64,000 nt of DNA, taken from NCBI GenBank assembly GCA_964450605.1, contig CAYVEK010000001.1:8430-72429 (forward strand). Direction: 5' to 3'. Of this stretch, positions 43,518 through 52,447 are shown one piece after another. Position numbers and translations under genes: made by a program. The DNA comes from an uncultured Candidatus Saccharibacteria bacterium. Its GTDB lineage: Bacteria; Patescibacteriota; Minisyncoccia; Phycocordibacterales; CAIZLB01. The notes beneath the pieces were generated by a model. That model made no database searches. It worked only from the letters and a program-made list of their open reading frames with translations, and had not been told where the DNA came from. Numbering within the stretch: the first letter of the stretch is position 1; the number at the start of each line of letters is the position of its first letter.

Positions 43518-44765
43518 ATGTCAACAACGTTTGAGTTAGTGTATGCGGTAATTCTATTCCTGGCCATATATATCCAGGTGTTTTTCTTGTTAATTTTTTT
43601 TGAGCACAAGAAAAAGGTTTCTCGTAAAAACATAACACCAACATTGTCAGAAAGTGAAAAGCTCTCAGTAACATTTCTTCTACCTTCTTGGAACGAAGCG
43701 GAAACTGTGTGTGGAACAATCAGCTCAATACTTAATGTTGAATATCCCAAAGAAAAATTACATATCATTGCTGTTGACGATGGAAGCAAAGATAACACAT
43801 GGGAGATTTTACAACAGTACAAAGATCACCCTCAAATCACATTGATTCATAAAGAAAATGGGGGAAAGTTTACTGCTCTTAACGCAGCGCTTCCTCATGT
43901 TAAAACAGATCTTGTGGTTTCTTTTGATGCTGATACTAAAATAAATCCAGATGCACTTCACAAAGCTGTACCTCATTTTGTTCATGATTCTGAACTTATG
44001 GCGCTCGGCGGAACTGTTTTGATCGATCATCCAAAAACATTTGCACAAAAAGCTCAGGAGATAGAGTATCAAACATTTTCATTTACTAAAAAAATGTTAG
44101 GCTTTGCTGGTGCTGTGCTTGTTGTTCCTGGAGCATTTTCAATGTTTAGAAGAGAAGTTTTTGATAAAGTTGGGGGATATAAGCACGCATACCTACTCGA
44201 AGACGCTGAATTGACCATGAGATTGCACGCACATGGATTCAAGATTGATCATTGTCATGATGCTATTGTGTGGACGAAGGGTCCAGCAACAATTAAGGGT
44301 TTGTTTAAGCAAAGACTTCGATGGAGTTATGGTTTTATTAAAAATGCGGTCGACTATCGATATATGTTTTTAAATAAAAAATTTGGAAACTTTGGACTTT
44401 TTACACTACCTATGAGTGTGTCCGCATATATACTTCTTGTGTTTATATTTTCTTATTCTATATATAAAGTCAGCATCGCGTTCATGGCTTGGATTCAAAA
44501 ACTAATGCTCGTTGGGTGGAGCGGTATAGAGTTTCGGGTGTGGGATCCATTTTTCTTCGACACAAAAGCTACAACAATAATGTCATTATTTATATATGGG
44601 GCTATTATTACCGGATTCTTTCTTGGTCGATATATTTCAAGAACTAAAAAGAAAAATTTTCACAACATTCCTTACTTTATTATAGTATATGGATATATCG
44701 CCCCGTTTTGGGTTATGAAATCTATATATAACTGGATTTTTGGAGGAAAAGTTACCTGGCGATAA
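43518..44765 (+). CDS. processive GT2 glycosyltransferase (PgaC/BcsA-like)
   Basis: DDGSKD, GGKFTALN, DAD, EDAE, QRLRW. Confidence 0.92.
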   Translation: MSTTFELVYAVILFLAIYIQVFFLLIFFEHKKKVSRKNITPTLSESEKLSVTFLLPSWNEAETVCGTISSILNVEYPKEKLHIIAVDDGSKDNTWEILQQYKDHPQITLIHKENGGKFTALNAALPHVKTDLVVSFDADTKINPDALHKAVPHFVHDSELMALGGTVLIDHPKTFAQKAQEIEYQTFSFTKKMLGFAGAVLVVPGAFSMFRREVFDKVGGYKHAYLLEDAELTMRLHAHGFKIDHCHDAIVWTKGPATIKGLFKQRLRWSYGFIKNAVDYRYMFLNKKFGNFGLFTLPMSVSAYILLVFIFSYSIYKVSIAFMAWIQKLMLVGWSGIEFRVWDPFFFDTKATTIMSLFIYGAIITGFFLGRYISRTKKKNFHNIPYFIIVYGYIAPFWVMKSIYNWIFGGKVTWR

Positions 44766-44816
44766 GTAGCTTTTGAGGGCTGGAGATATTATTAAAAATA
44801 GCGTAGTATACACATC

Positions 44817-45524
44817 ATGAACTGGAAACGATACTTATATACATTCATTATCACTCTTTTTATCTTTACGTTTGCTATTTGGATTAGCAACAAGTTTAAC
44901 GATGAAAAAATAGATTCACTTCGAGGTCTTGGAAACCAGATCAGTCTCGATATTCTTTCTGCTGAGACACGGTTTTCATTGCTTCAAAAAACATCTTGTG
45001 AACATATTGTTGATCAAGCTTCAAGTACTATTGGTTTTAACGCCGAGCTTCAGGATCTTGCGTCTCGTATAAAGTTTATGGAAAGTCAGCTTGGGTATGA
45101 AAACGTGGATGTTATCGCGCTTAAGAAAAACTACATTCTTTTACAGATAAAAGATTACCTTTTGAGTAAAGAGTATCATGATCGATGTAAACAAAATACA
45201 GTTTCTATACTGTATTTCCACGGATATGATTGTAAAGATTGTATTAATCAATCAATCATACTTGATAAAATCGTGAGTGATTATCCTGAGATACGAGTGT
45301 ACTATTTTGATCTCACAACATACACTCCAGCACTTGCTACTCTTGCTTCAGTCTTTAAGGTTATTAAAACACCGACTCTTGTTATAAATGACAAGGTTTA
45401 TACAGGTTTCCAGGATTTACAAAAAGTTGAGTCATATATTCCAGAGATTAAAAAGTGGAAAAAAGATAAAGAAAAAATAAAAAACACAGCAACATCAACT
45501 GCTACTTCAACTAAGAAAAAATAA
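44817..45524 (+). CDS. membrane-anchored thioredoxin-like fold protein
   Basis: N-terminal TM; CKDC; TPTLVIN. Confidence 0.7.
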   Translation: MNWKRYLYTFIITLFIFTFAIWISNKFNDEKIDSLRGLGNQISLDILSAETRFSLLQKTSCEHIVDQASSTIGFNAELQDLASRIKFMESQLGYENVDVIALKKNYILLQIKDYLLSKEYHDRCKQNTVSILYFHGYDCKDCINQSIILDKIVSDYPEIRVYYFDLTTYTPALATLASVFKVIKTPTLVINDKVYTGFQDLQKVESYIPEIKKWKKDKEKIKNTATSTATSTKKK

Positions 45525-45529
45525 CAGCT

Positions 45530-46273
45530 ATGAAAAGAGATCAATTAAAAGACGGGCATCTACATCCTATAACCCAAGCTATTCAACAGTTTGTTGATAT
45601 ATTCTCTGAGATAGGCTTTTCGCTATACAATGGCCCAGAGATAGATACAGAGTGGAAGATTTTTGATGCCCTACGTGTCGCAAAAGATCACCCTGCTCGA
45701 GATGCTCAAGATACGTTCTGGCTTCCTCCTTCATATAATAGAGGCGGTGAAAAGATTCTTCCGCGAACACATACATCAAATGCACAGATTATTTGTATGA
45801 ATGATGTAAATAAACCGCTACCTATACGTATTATCTCTGCAGGAAAAGTTTTTCGAAATGAAGCGACTGATGCAACTCATGAGGCAGAGTTTCATCAACT
45901 TGAAGGGGTATGTGTAGATAAAGATGTGTCAATGGCTGATTTAAAAAACACACTCACATATGTGTTTAAAAAGTTTTTCAATGATGAAAATCTACAATTG
46001 CGTTTCAGGGCAAGTTATTTTCCATTTACTAAACCAGGTGTAGAAGTAGATATCTTATGGAAAGATCGATGGCTTGAAGTATGTGGTGCAGGGCTCACTC
46101 ATGAAGAGGTTCGGCAACATGGTCTAAGTGGACGTATGTCCGCAGAGGAAATAAAACAATATAGCGGCTTTGCGTTTGGTATGGGTCTTGAACGTTTGGT
46201 TATGCTTAAATACGGCATTGATGATATTCGTGACATGTCGAGCGGTGATATTAGATTTAGTAGATGGTTTTAA
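45530..46273 (+). CDS. pheS: phenylalanine--tRNA ligase alpha (N-terminally truncated)
   Basis: GHLHP, HPARDAQDTF, RTHTS, FHQLEG, YFPFT.P, GFAFGMGLERL. Confidence 0.96.
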   Translation: MKRDQLKDGHLHPITQAIQQFVDIFSEIGFSLYNGPEIDTEWKIFDALRVAKDHPARDAQDTFWLPPSYNRGGEKILPRTHTSNAQIICMNDVNKPLPIRIISAGKVFRNEATDATHEAEFHQLEGVCVDKDVSMADLKNTLTYVFKKFFNDENLQLRFRASYFPFTKPGVEVDILWKDRWLEVCGAGLTHEEVRQHGLSGRMSAEEIKQYSGFAFGMGLERLVMLKYGIDDIRDMSSGDIRFSRWF

Positions 46274-46285
46274 TTTTTAAAATAT

Positions 46286-48313
46286 ATGTTGATCTCACAC
46301 AACTGGCTTAAAGGCTATTATACAAATAAAGAATTAGTACCTACTCCTGATAAAGTTGCAGAGCTTTTCACAATGCGGGCATTTGAGGTGGAGAGCATGG
46401 AAGAAAAAGATGGAGATACTATATATGATATCAAGCTGACTGCTGATCGAGCCCCTTATGCTTATGCACTTAGATATGTAGCACTCGAGCTAGCACTTCT
46501 TGTTCCCGAACTCATTCTTTCCCCAGAAGTCTACAATCTATATACTGCAGACATTGCAGTTGATGATATTGCATATACAACAGATACAAATCTTGTAGAT
46601 GCAGAAGTTAAAGACGATTGTCAGATGTATTCGCTTACAAAGATAGAAGGTGTTGCAAATAGTACAAGTCCGGATTGGGTAAAAATGGGCATCGAGACAC
46701 TTGGACAACAAAGTCGAGGTGTTGTTGTTGATCTGACAAACTTTGTTATGTTCGACAGTGGTCAGCCACTTCATGCATTTGATGCAGATAAAGTAGAAGG
46801 GCAGATACATGTAGGAAAAAGTCTAGAAGCGGAAAAGATAACAATACTCGGCGGAAAAGAGATCGCTCTTCCTACAGGAACTCTTGTTATACGAGATGAT
46901 AAAGATATACTCGCTATCGCTGGAGTCAAGGGTGGTGTCAAGGCGGAAGTAGATGCAAATACTAAAAACATATATCTTGAGTCAGCTCATTTTAATTCTG
47001 TAAAAGTAAGACGAACTGCTCGAGGTCTAAATCTTTTAAATGATTCTTCAAAACGATTTGAACAAAATTTAACAGCTGAACGATTTTTGGTTGGACAGCA
47101 AACTTTTCTACATATGATCAAGTATGTTTTTCCTGATGCAAAAGTCGGAGAGCTCAAAGTATCATCAGATATAGAAACACTTCTTGATGCAACCAAATTG
47201 ACAAAGATAATAGTAGATATCACATCTGCATCTGTCGCTATAAACAAAGAAGACGATAGAGTTCCTGCACTACTGCGAGAATTTATAGAAAACATATTGC
47301 CTAAAACTGGTGCAAAAATAGAAAAGAAAGATGAGAATACATATATAGTAACCGCTCCGCACTATCGTTCTGATCTTGTTTCTCAAGCAGATGTTGTTGA
47401 TGAGTTTTTGCGAAATAAAGGATATGACTTTTTAGAATACAAAGAACCTGCTAAACATAAAGTAGAGGGTCTTGAGAATCCTATGGATAAACTTGAGGCG
47501 GTCATTCGAGATTATTTTATACACGCAGGATTTGACGAAGTAAAACTACATACGTTGGTTGATAATAAAGAGCAATCTGATGCAGTTCTTCTTGATAACG
47601 CCTTAACTTCTGAGAGAAATAGTTTGAGAGGGAATCTGTCAACAAACATGTCAAGAGTTTTGGAACAAAACTTGAAGCACCTAGATCTGGTCTCAGAAGA
47701 TAGAACAGTATATAGAGATCAAGATAAGGTAAAGTTGTTTGAGATTGGAAAAGTTTTTGAAACTAAAGGTGATGATGTTGTGGAGAAAAATCATCTTGTG
47801 TTTGGTGTGGCTATGGTTAAGTGGCCAAAAGGGCAGAGTACAGAAAATTTTCTACATGACAGATTAATCGAGTTAGATGCAGAGCTGAGAGTTGATTCAA
47901 AAGAATTAATTAAGAAAAATAAAGATTGTTTTGAAATAGATTTAGATTTATTAATGTCACTTATTCATCCAAAACAGTTTGAAGAACGTTTAGGTAGTAT
48001 TTTAAGATATCAATCTCCAGCAAAAATAAATTACAAAAAAGCCTCAGTTTACCCAGCCATGTCACGAGACATTGCTTTCTTCGGATCAAATGATCAAACA
48101 GAAGTTGCTGAATTTATAAAAGCTCAAGTTGTAAAATGTCCGCTCATAGAAAATCATTTCTGTTTCGATATTTTCTCAAAAGAAGATAAAACCTCATATG
48201 CATATCGGTTTGTATTTCAATCATACGAAAAAACTCTAACAGAAGAAGGGGTGAGTGTGTTTATGAATGAGATTGCTGAAGCTGTAAAAGAGAAGGGGTG
48301 GGCAGTGAGATAG
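46286..48313 (+). CDS. pheT: phenylalanine--tRNA ligase beta (B2 domain apparently missing)
   Basis: ISHNWL, VVDLTNFVM..GQPLHAFD, LESAHF, SSKRFE, RSDL, SRDIAF FDX-ACB domain. Confidence 0.95.
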   Translation: MLISHNWLKGYYTNKELVPTPDKVAELFTMRAFEVESMEEKDGDTIYDIKLTADRAPYAYALRYVALELALLVPELILSPEVYNLYTADIAVDDIAYTTDTNLVDAEVKDDCQMYSLTKIEGVANSTSPDWVKMGIETLGQQSRGVVVDLTNFVMFDSGQPLHAFDADKVEGQIHVGKSLEAEKITILGGKEIALPTGTLVIRDDKDILAIAGVKGGVKAEVDANTKNIYLESAHFNSVKVRRTARGLNLLNDSSKRFEQNLTAERFLVGQQTFLHMIKYVFPDAKVGELKVSSDIETLLDATKLTKIIVDITSASVAINKEDDRVPALLREFIENILPKTGAKIEKKDENTYIVTAPHYRSDLVSQADVVDEFLRNKGYDFLEYKEPAKHKVEGLENPMDKLEAVIRDYFIHAGFDEVKLHTLVDNKEQSDAVLLDNALTSERNSLRGNLSTNMSRVLEQNLKHLDLVSEDRTVYRDQDKVKLFEIGKVFETKGDDVVEKNHLVFGVAMVKWPKGQSTENFLHDRLIELDAELRVDSKELIKKNKDCFEIDLDLLMSLIHPKQFEERLGSILRYQSPAKINYKKASVYPAMSRDIAFFGSNDQTEVAEFIKAQVVKCPLIENHFCFDIFSKEDKTSYAYRFVFQSYEKTLTEEGVSVFMNEIAEAVKEKGWAVR

Positions 48314-48316
48314 GTT

Positions 48317-48706
48317 TTATAAATTATTTAAACCTAGTGAGAATATTATCGCACAGCCTCCAATGCCTATAATAGCAACAACAAATAGTGTGAGAATTAT
48401 ATTTGCAATGATATTGCCAGGACGATCGGGTAGACGAGGGAATTGAGAAGGATTTATTTCTGTTAGTCTATTTCTTATTTTTTGTATTTTACGAGCATAC
48501 ATACTTCCTATTAGACTACCAAATAGATATACAGTAAAACCAATATTAAATAATGATGCGCCTAATTTAAAAGGTCCATTAAAATGCAAAACTCCTCCTA
48601 AAAGCATTAGTCCTAAGGCTAAAGAGTTTATTTTCTGAAAAAATGCATATTTTTTCTCCAAATACTTGAGTTGATTTTGCAGATCTAATGTTGAATTTGT
48701 ATCCAT
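48317..48706 (-). CDS. 3-TM membrane protein with C-terminal AIIGIGGC motif (paralog 2)
   Basis: Shares INPSxF and AIIGxGGC + 11 aa with the upstream gene. Confidence 0.8.
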   Translation of the reverse strand: MDTNSTLDLQNQLKYLEKKYAFFQKINSLALGLMLLGGVLHFNGPFKLGASLFNIGFTVYLFGSLIGSMYARKIQKIRNRLTEINPSQFPRLPDRPGNIIANIILTLFVVAIIGIGGCAIIFSLGLNNL

Positions 48707-48734
48707 ATATACTATGTTATCAAATAAAAAACTT

Positions 48735-49157
48735 TTAACCTAAAACAGAACCCCAACCAAAGAAGGCAAAGCATCCTCCAACACCGATAATTGCTAAGGT
48801 TAATAATACTAAAAAAATAGTTCCGAGTACTCCTGCCACACCACGGTGGTATGGTTTAAATCCGGAAGGATTTATAGAGGCTAGTTTATTTTGTAATAAA
48901 TGCGCAGTTGAATTTTTCGAAGATATTTGTATAGAGCCTACTAGAAATAATACCAGTCCAAGAGTGAGGGGGATAAGTCCAACAATCAACGCACTTTCTT
49001 TATCAACCAATAAACTGCAAAGTCCTGCGCCAACAAGCATAAAGAAAAGACCTGCAAGCATAACCCTGTTTGCACTTTGTTTTTTCTGAGTAACTAGATT
49101 TAGTTTCTTTTGAAGATCTTGTGTTTGAGATGTATTTAAATTTGGTTCTATTTCCAT
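48735..49157 (-). CDS. 3-TM membrane protein with C-terminal AIIGVGGC motif (paralog 1)
   Basis: ATG at 49157 (MEIEPN) lies after a terminator and TGCTAAACT; paralog of 48317-48706. Confidence 0.8.
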   Translation of the reverse strand: MEIEPNLNTSQTQDLQKKLNLVTQKKQSANRVMLAGLFFMLVGAGLCSLLVDKESALIVGLIPLTLGLVLFLVGSIQISSKNSTAHLLQNKLASINPSGFKPYHRGVAGVLGTIFLVLLTLAIIGVGGCFAFFGWGSVLG

Positions 49158-49175
49158 ATAGTAAAAGTTTAGCAA

Positions 49176-49213
49176 ATAAAAAGTCGCCGGACCAGGTAAA
49201 CTGGTCCGGCGAT
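49176..49213 (-). terminator. intrinsic terminator after the radical SAM gene
   Basis: TCGCCGGACCAG-ttac-CTGGTCCGGCGA then CTTTTTATTT on the minus strand. Confidence 0.85.
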
Positions 49214-49237
49214 TCGTTGATGAGGTAGACGGTTGCA

Positions 49238-50671
49238 CTAAAGCATCAAATCCGACAGACCGTTATAGAACTCACAAAACGAGTCCAAACGACCATCTTC
49301 TCCCATGACGGCTGTACAACATCTGTCTGTACGGTTACAGCTCCAGTTGTGGGCCGGACCACCAAATGTCATGAAGGGTTTTATCGATAGTCTGAACGCT
49401 TGAAGCGCATCCTCCATACTTACATGCATCGATCCGGCTTCGGTAGTCTCGCAACCGCAGAGGTGAACATCTTCTTGGTCGTAATTTATCCTGTCGGCCA
49501 AGAATGATGTTAGGGGCAAGCGCTCAGCAAGAGGCATGTCTCTGACCATACAGGTTACAGTCTTCCGATTTATCCAACCAATATGTTGACAGTTTGGATC
49601 TCCGCAAGGGAGCGGGAATATGCTGTTTTCATCCAGCACGCCATTCGCCTGATGAATCAGGTGGTTTATGACGTGTCCGGAGTCTACAAGTGCGGAGAAT
49701 TCTCCGTCAATTCTTCCTCCGCCGAAACGAGGCTGGTAGTTGACCCCTTTGACCACTGGGCATGACATGCCCAACAGGGCCACTTTCCACAAGTCGCAAA
49801 GGTTTTCGTGTACCACTGTCATGGCTAGTGTGGTGGACACACCTGTGGTCGGTAATTTTTCCAGGACTCTGAGTTCGTGGGTATGGAAGTTGCCCCCGGC
49901 AAGCACGCCTTGTGCCGGCGTTGATGGTCCGTTGAATTTGAGGTAGATGTGCACTTTGCGAAGATTCGCGATGGCTTTTAACTGTTCCGCAAAGTTGGCG
50001 TCCAACAACTTTGTTCCGTTGGTGTTGACCATCACCACGTGGATGTCTGGATTTTCCTGACACCATGTGAGTATGTCAAAGAATTGAGGATGAAGAGTTG
50101 GTTCACCTCCAGACAGCTGGAGGATTTCGATATAACCCCTCTTGTTTAGCAGTTTTTGAATCCTCGACTTTACTTCGTCTAAGGGAATAAAGGTGACATC
50201 GCCACCTCCTGCTTTGGGCGAAGCGGCCAAACATGTGGGACAACTCCAGTTGCAGGAACGCACTATCTCCAACAAGACAACGCAAGGGCTGAGTTTGTCG
50301 AAGTGGTCACCTTGTCCAACTTGCGGATCTTCCATAGTGGCATTTTTGCCAAGTGTAGATACTGCTGCATCGTCGCTGGACCTGCAGGCACAGGTTGCTC
50401 CGCAGGCTCCATCAGTAGGCTCTGCTTTGTAGAAAAAACGAGCGTCTGACATGACAATCGTTTGTGCGATGTGTTGGCATGCTGTGCAGGCAAATTGCAT
50501 ACGGATACGCTCTGGTTGTCTGTCTTCAAAAACCCCGCTGTACATGTAGCGAGAGGGTCCAAGAGGATCTTTTTCTTCAGATGCTGGGACTTTGACCCAG
50601 GTGGCAGATGTGCGCACCCTGCAGTTCGGACATACGGTAAAACCGCGAGAAATGATAGGGTAAGTTTGCAT
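49238..50671 (-). CDS. radical SAM protein, tetraether-synthase (Tes/MJ0619)-like family
   Basis: N-terminal CPNC...CxxC/GxCxxxC; CNWSCPTC; GGEPTLHP; NTNG; PLPC; C-terminal RCC...DG...FC..YN. Confidence 0.85.
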   Translation of the reverse strand: MQTYPIISRGFTVCPNCRVRTSATWVKVPASEEKDPLGPSRYMYSGVFEDRQPERIRMQFACTACQHIAQTIVMSDARFFYKAEPTDGACGATCACRSSDDAAVSTLGKNATMEDPQVGQGDHFDKLSPCVVLLEIVRSCNWSCPTCLAASPKAGGGDVTFIPLDEVKSRIQKLLNKRGYIEILQLSGGEPTLHPQFFDILTWCQENPDIHVVMVNTNGTKLLDANFAEQLKAIANLRKVHIYLKFNGPSTPAQGVLAGGNFHTHELRVLEKLPTTGVSTTLAMTVVHENLCDLWKVALLGMSCPVVKGVNYQPRFGGGRIDGEFSALVDSGHVINHLIHQANGVLDENSIFPLPCGDPNCQHIGWINRKTVTCMVRDMPLAERLPLTSFLADRINYDQEDVHLCGCETTEAGSMHVSMEDALQAFRLSIKPFMTFGGPAHNWSCNRTDRCCTAVMGEDGRLDSFCEFYNGLSDLML

Positions 50672-50728
50672 GGTAGTGGTGATTGTTAAAGTTCTTGTTG
50701 TTTCGGTAGCAAACCTAGCCTATCACAC

Positions 50729-51466
50729 CTACACCTTCCTCATCAATCGAAGCAGACTTACTCCGTACCCTAAAACTACTATCGCACTTGTCCACTGAAT
50801 AGCAGTTAATCCTCCAATGAGTGGATGTACTGGTTTAATAAATTCAACAAAAAATCTAAAACCAAAATATCCTACAGCAAAAAGTCTAAAAAATATTCCA
50901 CTACCTACCAGATCACTTCTTTTTTTCATAAATAAACTTAGGCCAATCCATAAAAAGCCAACAACAAGTATTTCGTATAAAGATGTTGGATGTCGAAGTA
51001 GTCCATCTCCTTGATCCATGGCCCAAGGAAGAGAAGAAACAAGGCCAACAGTTTGATCTCTTACACCAACAAGAAAACAGCCAATGCGTCCGATAATTAC
51101 ACCAAGGGCAATCGGTCCAACCATAATGTCTCCGACAGAAGTTTTAATTTTTAAAAACTTTTTTACAATCTCTATTCCTAGTATTCCTCCGGCAATACCA
51201 CCAGCAACAGTCTTAACCGCATAATAGTACATCCAATGTGGAGGATTGAAAAATAATTCAGGACGCTCAAGCGCTGCTATAAGTCGGGAACCTATAAGTG
51301 CTCCAGCTGCAGCACCAATAAGAAGGATGGTTTTTTGTGATACGGATGATTCACTTGAATTCACTTTTTTATAGATACGAGAATAATACCAAGCGGGAAT
51401 AAGTAGAGAAAAAGTATCTGTTAAAAAATGAACCCATAATGGAGCATGGCCGGGGGTAAATAACAT
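50729..51466 (-). CDS. prolipoprotein diacylglyceryl transferase (Lgt)-like paralog
   Basis: GALIGSRL, IGRIGCF, LPW, RHPTSLYE, FRFFVEFIK; multi-TM. Confidence 0.9.
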   Translation of the reverse strand: MLFTPGHAPLWVHFLTDTFSLLIPAWYYSRIYKKVNSSESSVSQKTILLIGAAAGALIGSRLIAALERPELFFNPPHWMYYYAVKTVAGGIAGGILGIEIVKKFLKIKTSVGDIMVGPIALGVIIGRIGCFLVGVRDQTVGLVSSLPWAMDQGDGLLRHPTSLYEILVVGFLWIGLSLFMKKRSDLVGSGIFFRLFAVGYFGFRFFVEFIKPVHPLIGGLTAIQWTSAIVVLGYGVSLLRLMRKV

Positions 51467-51541
51467 AATAATATTATTGCATTTGAGTTTTAATTAATCT
51501 AGGCAATCCGTTAAGGGTTAAATTTATGTTATAATCTAAAA

Positions 51542-52396
51542 ATGGATTCAGAAAGATTAGCTGAAAAGATAGATAGAGCAGAAAACTCACTTCCTCAGAC
51601 AAAAGAAGATGTGCTTGGTTTTATACACCGACGTGTGCATCGACTTGAACAACTTGGTGGAGAAAAAGCAGTTGAGGCGGTTATTAAAAAATTAGATCAA
51701 AAATTTGATTGTAGGAAAACTCCTGAAGGTTTTCAATATATACATGATGGAGAGGTTAGATATGAGATAAAGGGTGAGATTCTTTCTTTTAAAGATATAC
51801 AGAGAAATCCTGAGGTTGATAGTGCCACCAGTCTTCTTTGGGATAGAATAAAGGGTCTTAAACAACATATGGAAAATATTGTTTTTATAAAAAATCCAGT
51901 TATAGTTTTTCCTGGACAGGAGATTAGTATTTCTGACCATGACTACAAGTCAACATACATATTTTATGAAATCAATGATTTAAATTATCAACAACATGAT
52001 AAAGCCTTAAGTTTGTATGTAGATACTGCTCATGTTGCAAAGGCAGATATAAATGAAGATTATGTGTTAATAAGCCTTCCAACTGCTGTAGACAGTATTT
52101 TAAATCTATTCATGATACTACATGAAATAGGTCACTCACGTATTACGGATCAAGATTCTTCAACTTTTAGTTCTGCTGAAGTCCGACCGATCTATGGAAA
52201 GGTTCAGCGTGGAGAAAATGTAAATCCGGCAGAGGCTGGTGTAGTTCTTGAACATGAAAGATTAGCGAATGATTTTGCAAAACGTGTAATCGCGGGAGAA
52301 TTCTATGATCTGGTCAGTGAAGAAGATCTTATGTGTTTAGAAGCTTACAATGAAAGTAGTTACGCACAAGGGTTGTATTCGCAATTATCTGCGTAA
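51542..52396 (+). CDS. hypothetical protein with HExxH zinc-metallopeptidase-like motif
   Basis: LHEIGH ... E(R)LANDFA. Confidence 0.7.
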   Translation: MDSERLAEKIDRAENSLPQTKEDVLGFIHRRVHRLEQLGGEKAVEAVIKKLDQKFDCRKTPEGFQYIHDGEVRYEIKGEILSFKDIQRNPEVDSATSLLWDRIKGLKQHMENIVFIKNPVIVFPGQEISISDHDYKSTYIFYEINDLNYQQHDKALSLYVDTAHVAKADINEDYVLISLPTAVDSILNLFMILHEIGHSRITDQDSSTFSSAEVRPIYGKVQRGENVNPAEAGVVLEHERLANDFAKRVIAGEFYDLVSEEDLMCLEAYNESSYAQGLYSQLSA

Positions 52397-52447
52397 ATAT
52401 ATCATAGGCAGAGTGTAGTGCACGTACTTTTGTGATATTATCAGACT

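Noticed and set aside
49158-49238. N-terminal extension of the 167-aa ORF
   Set aside because: It spans the radical SAM terminator; ATG 49157 aligns better with the paralog.
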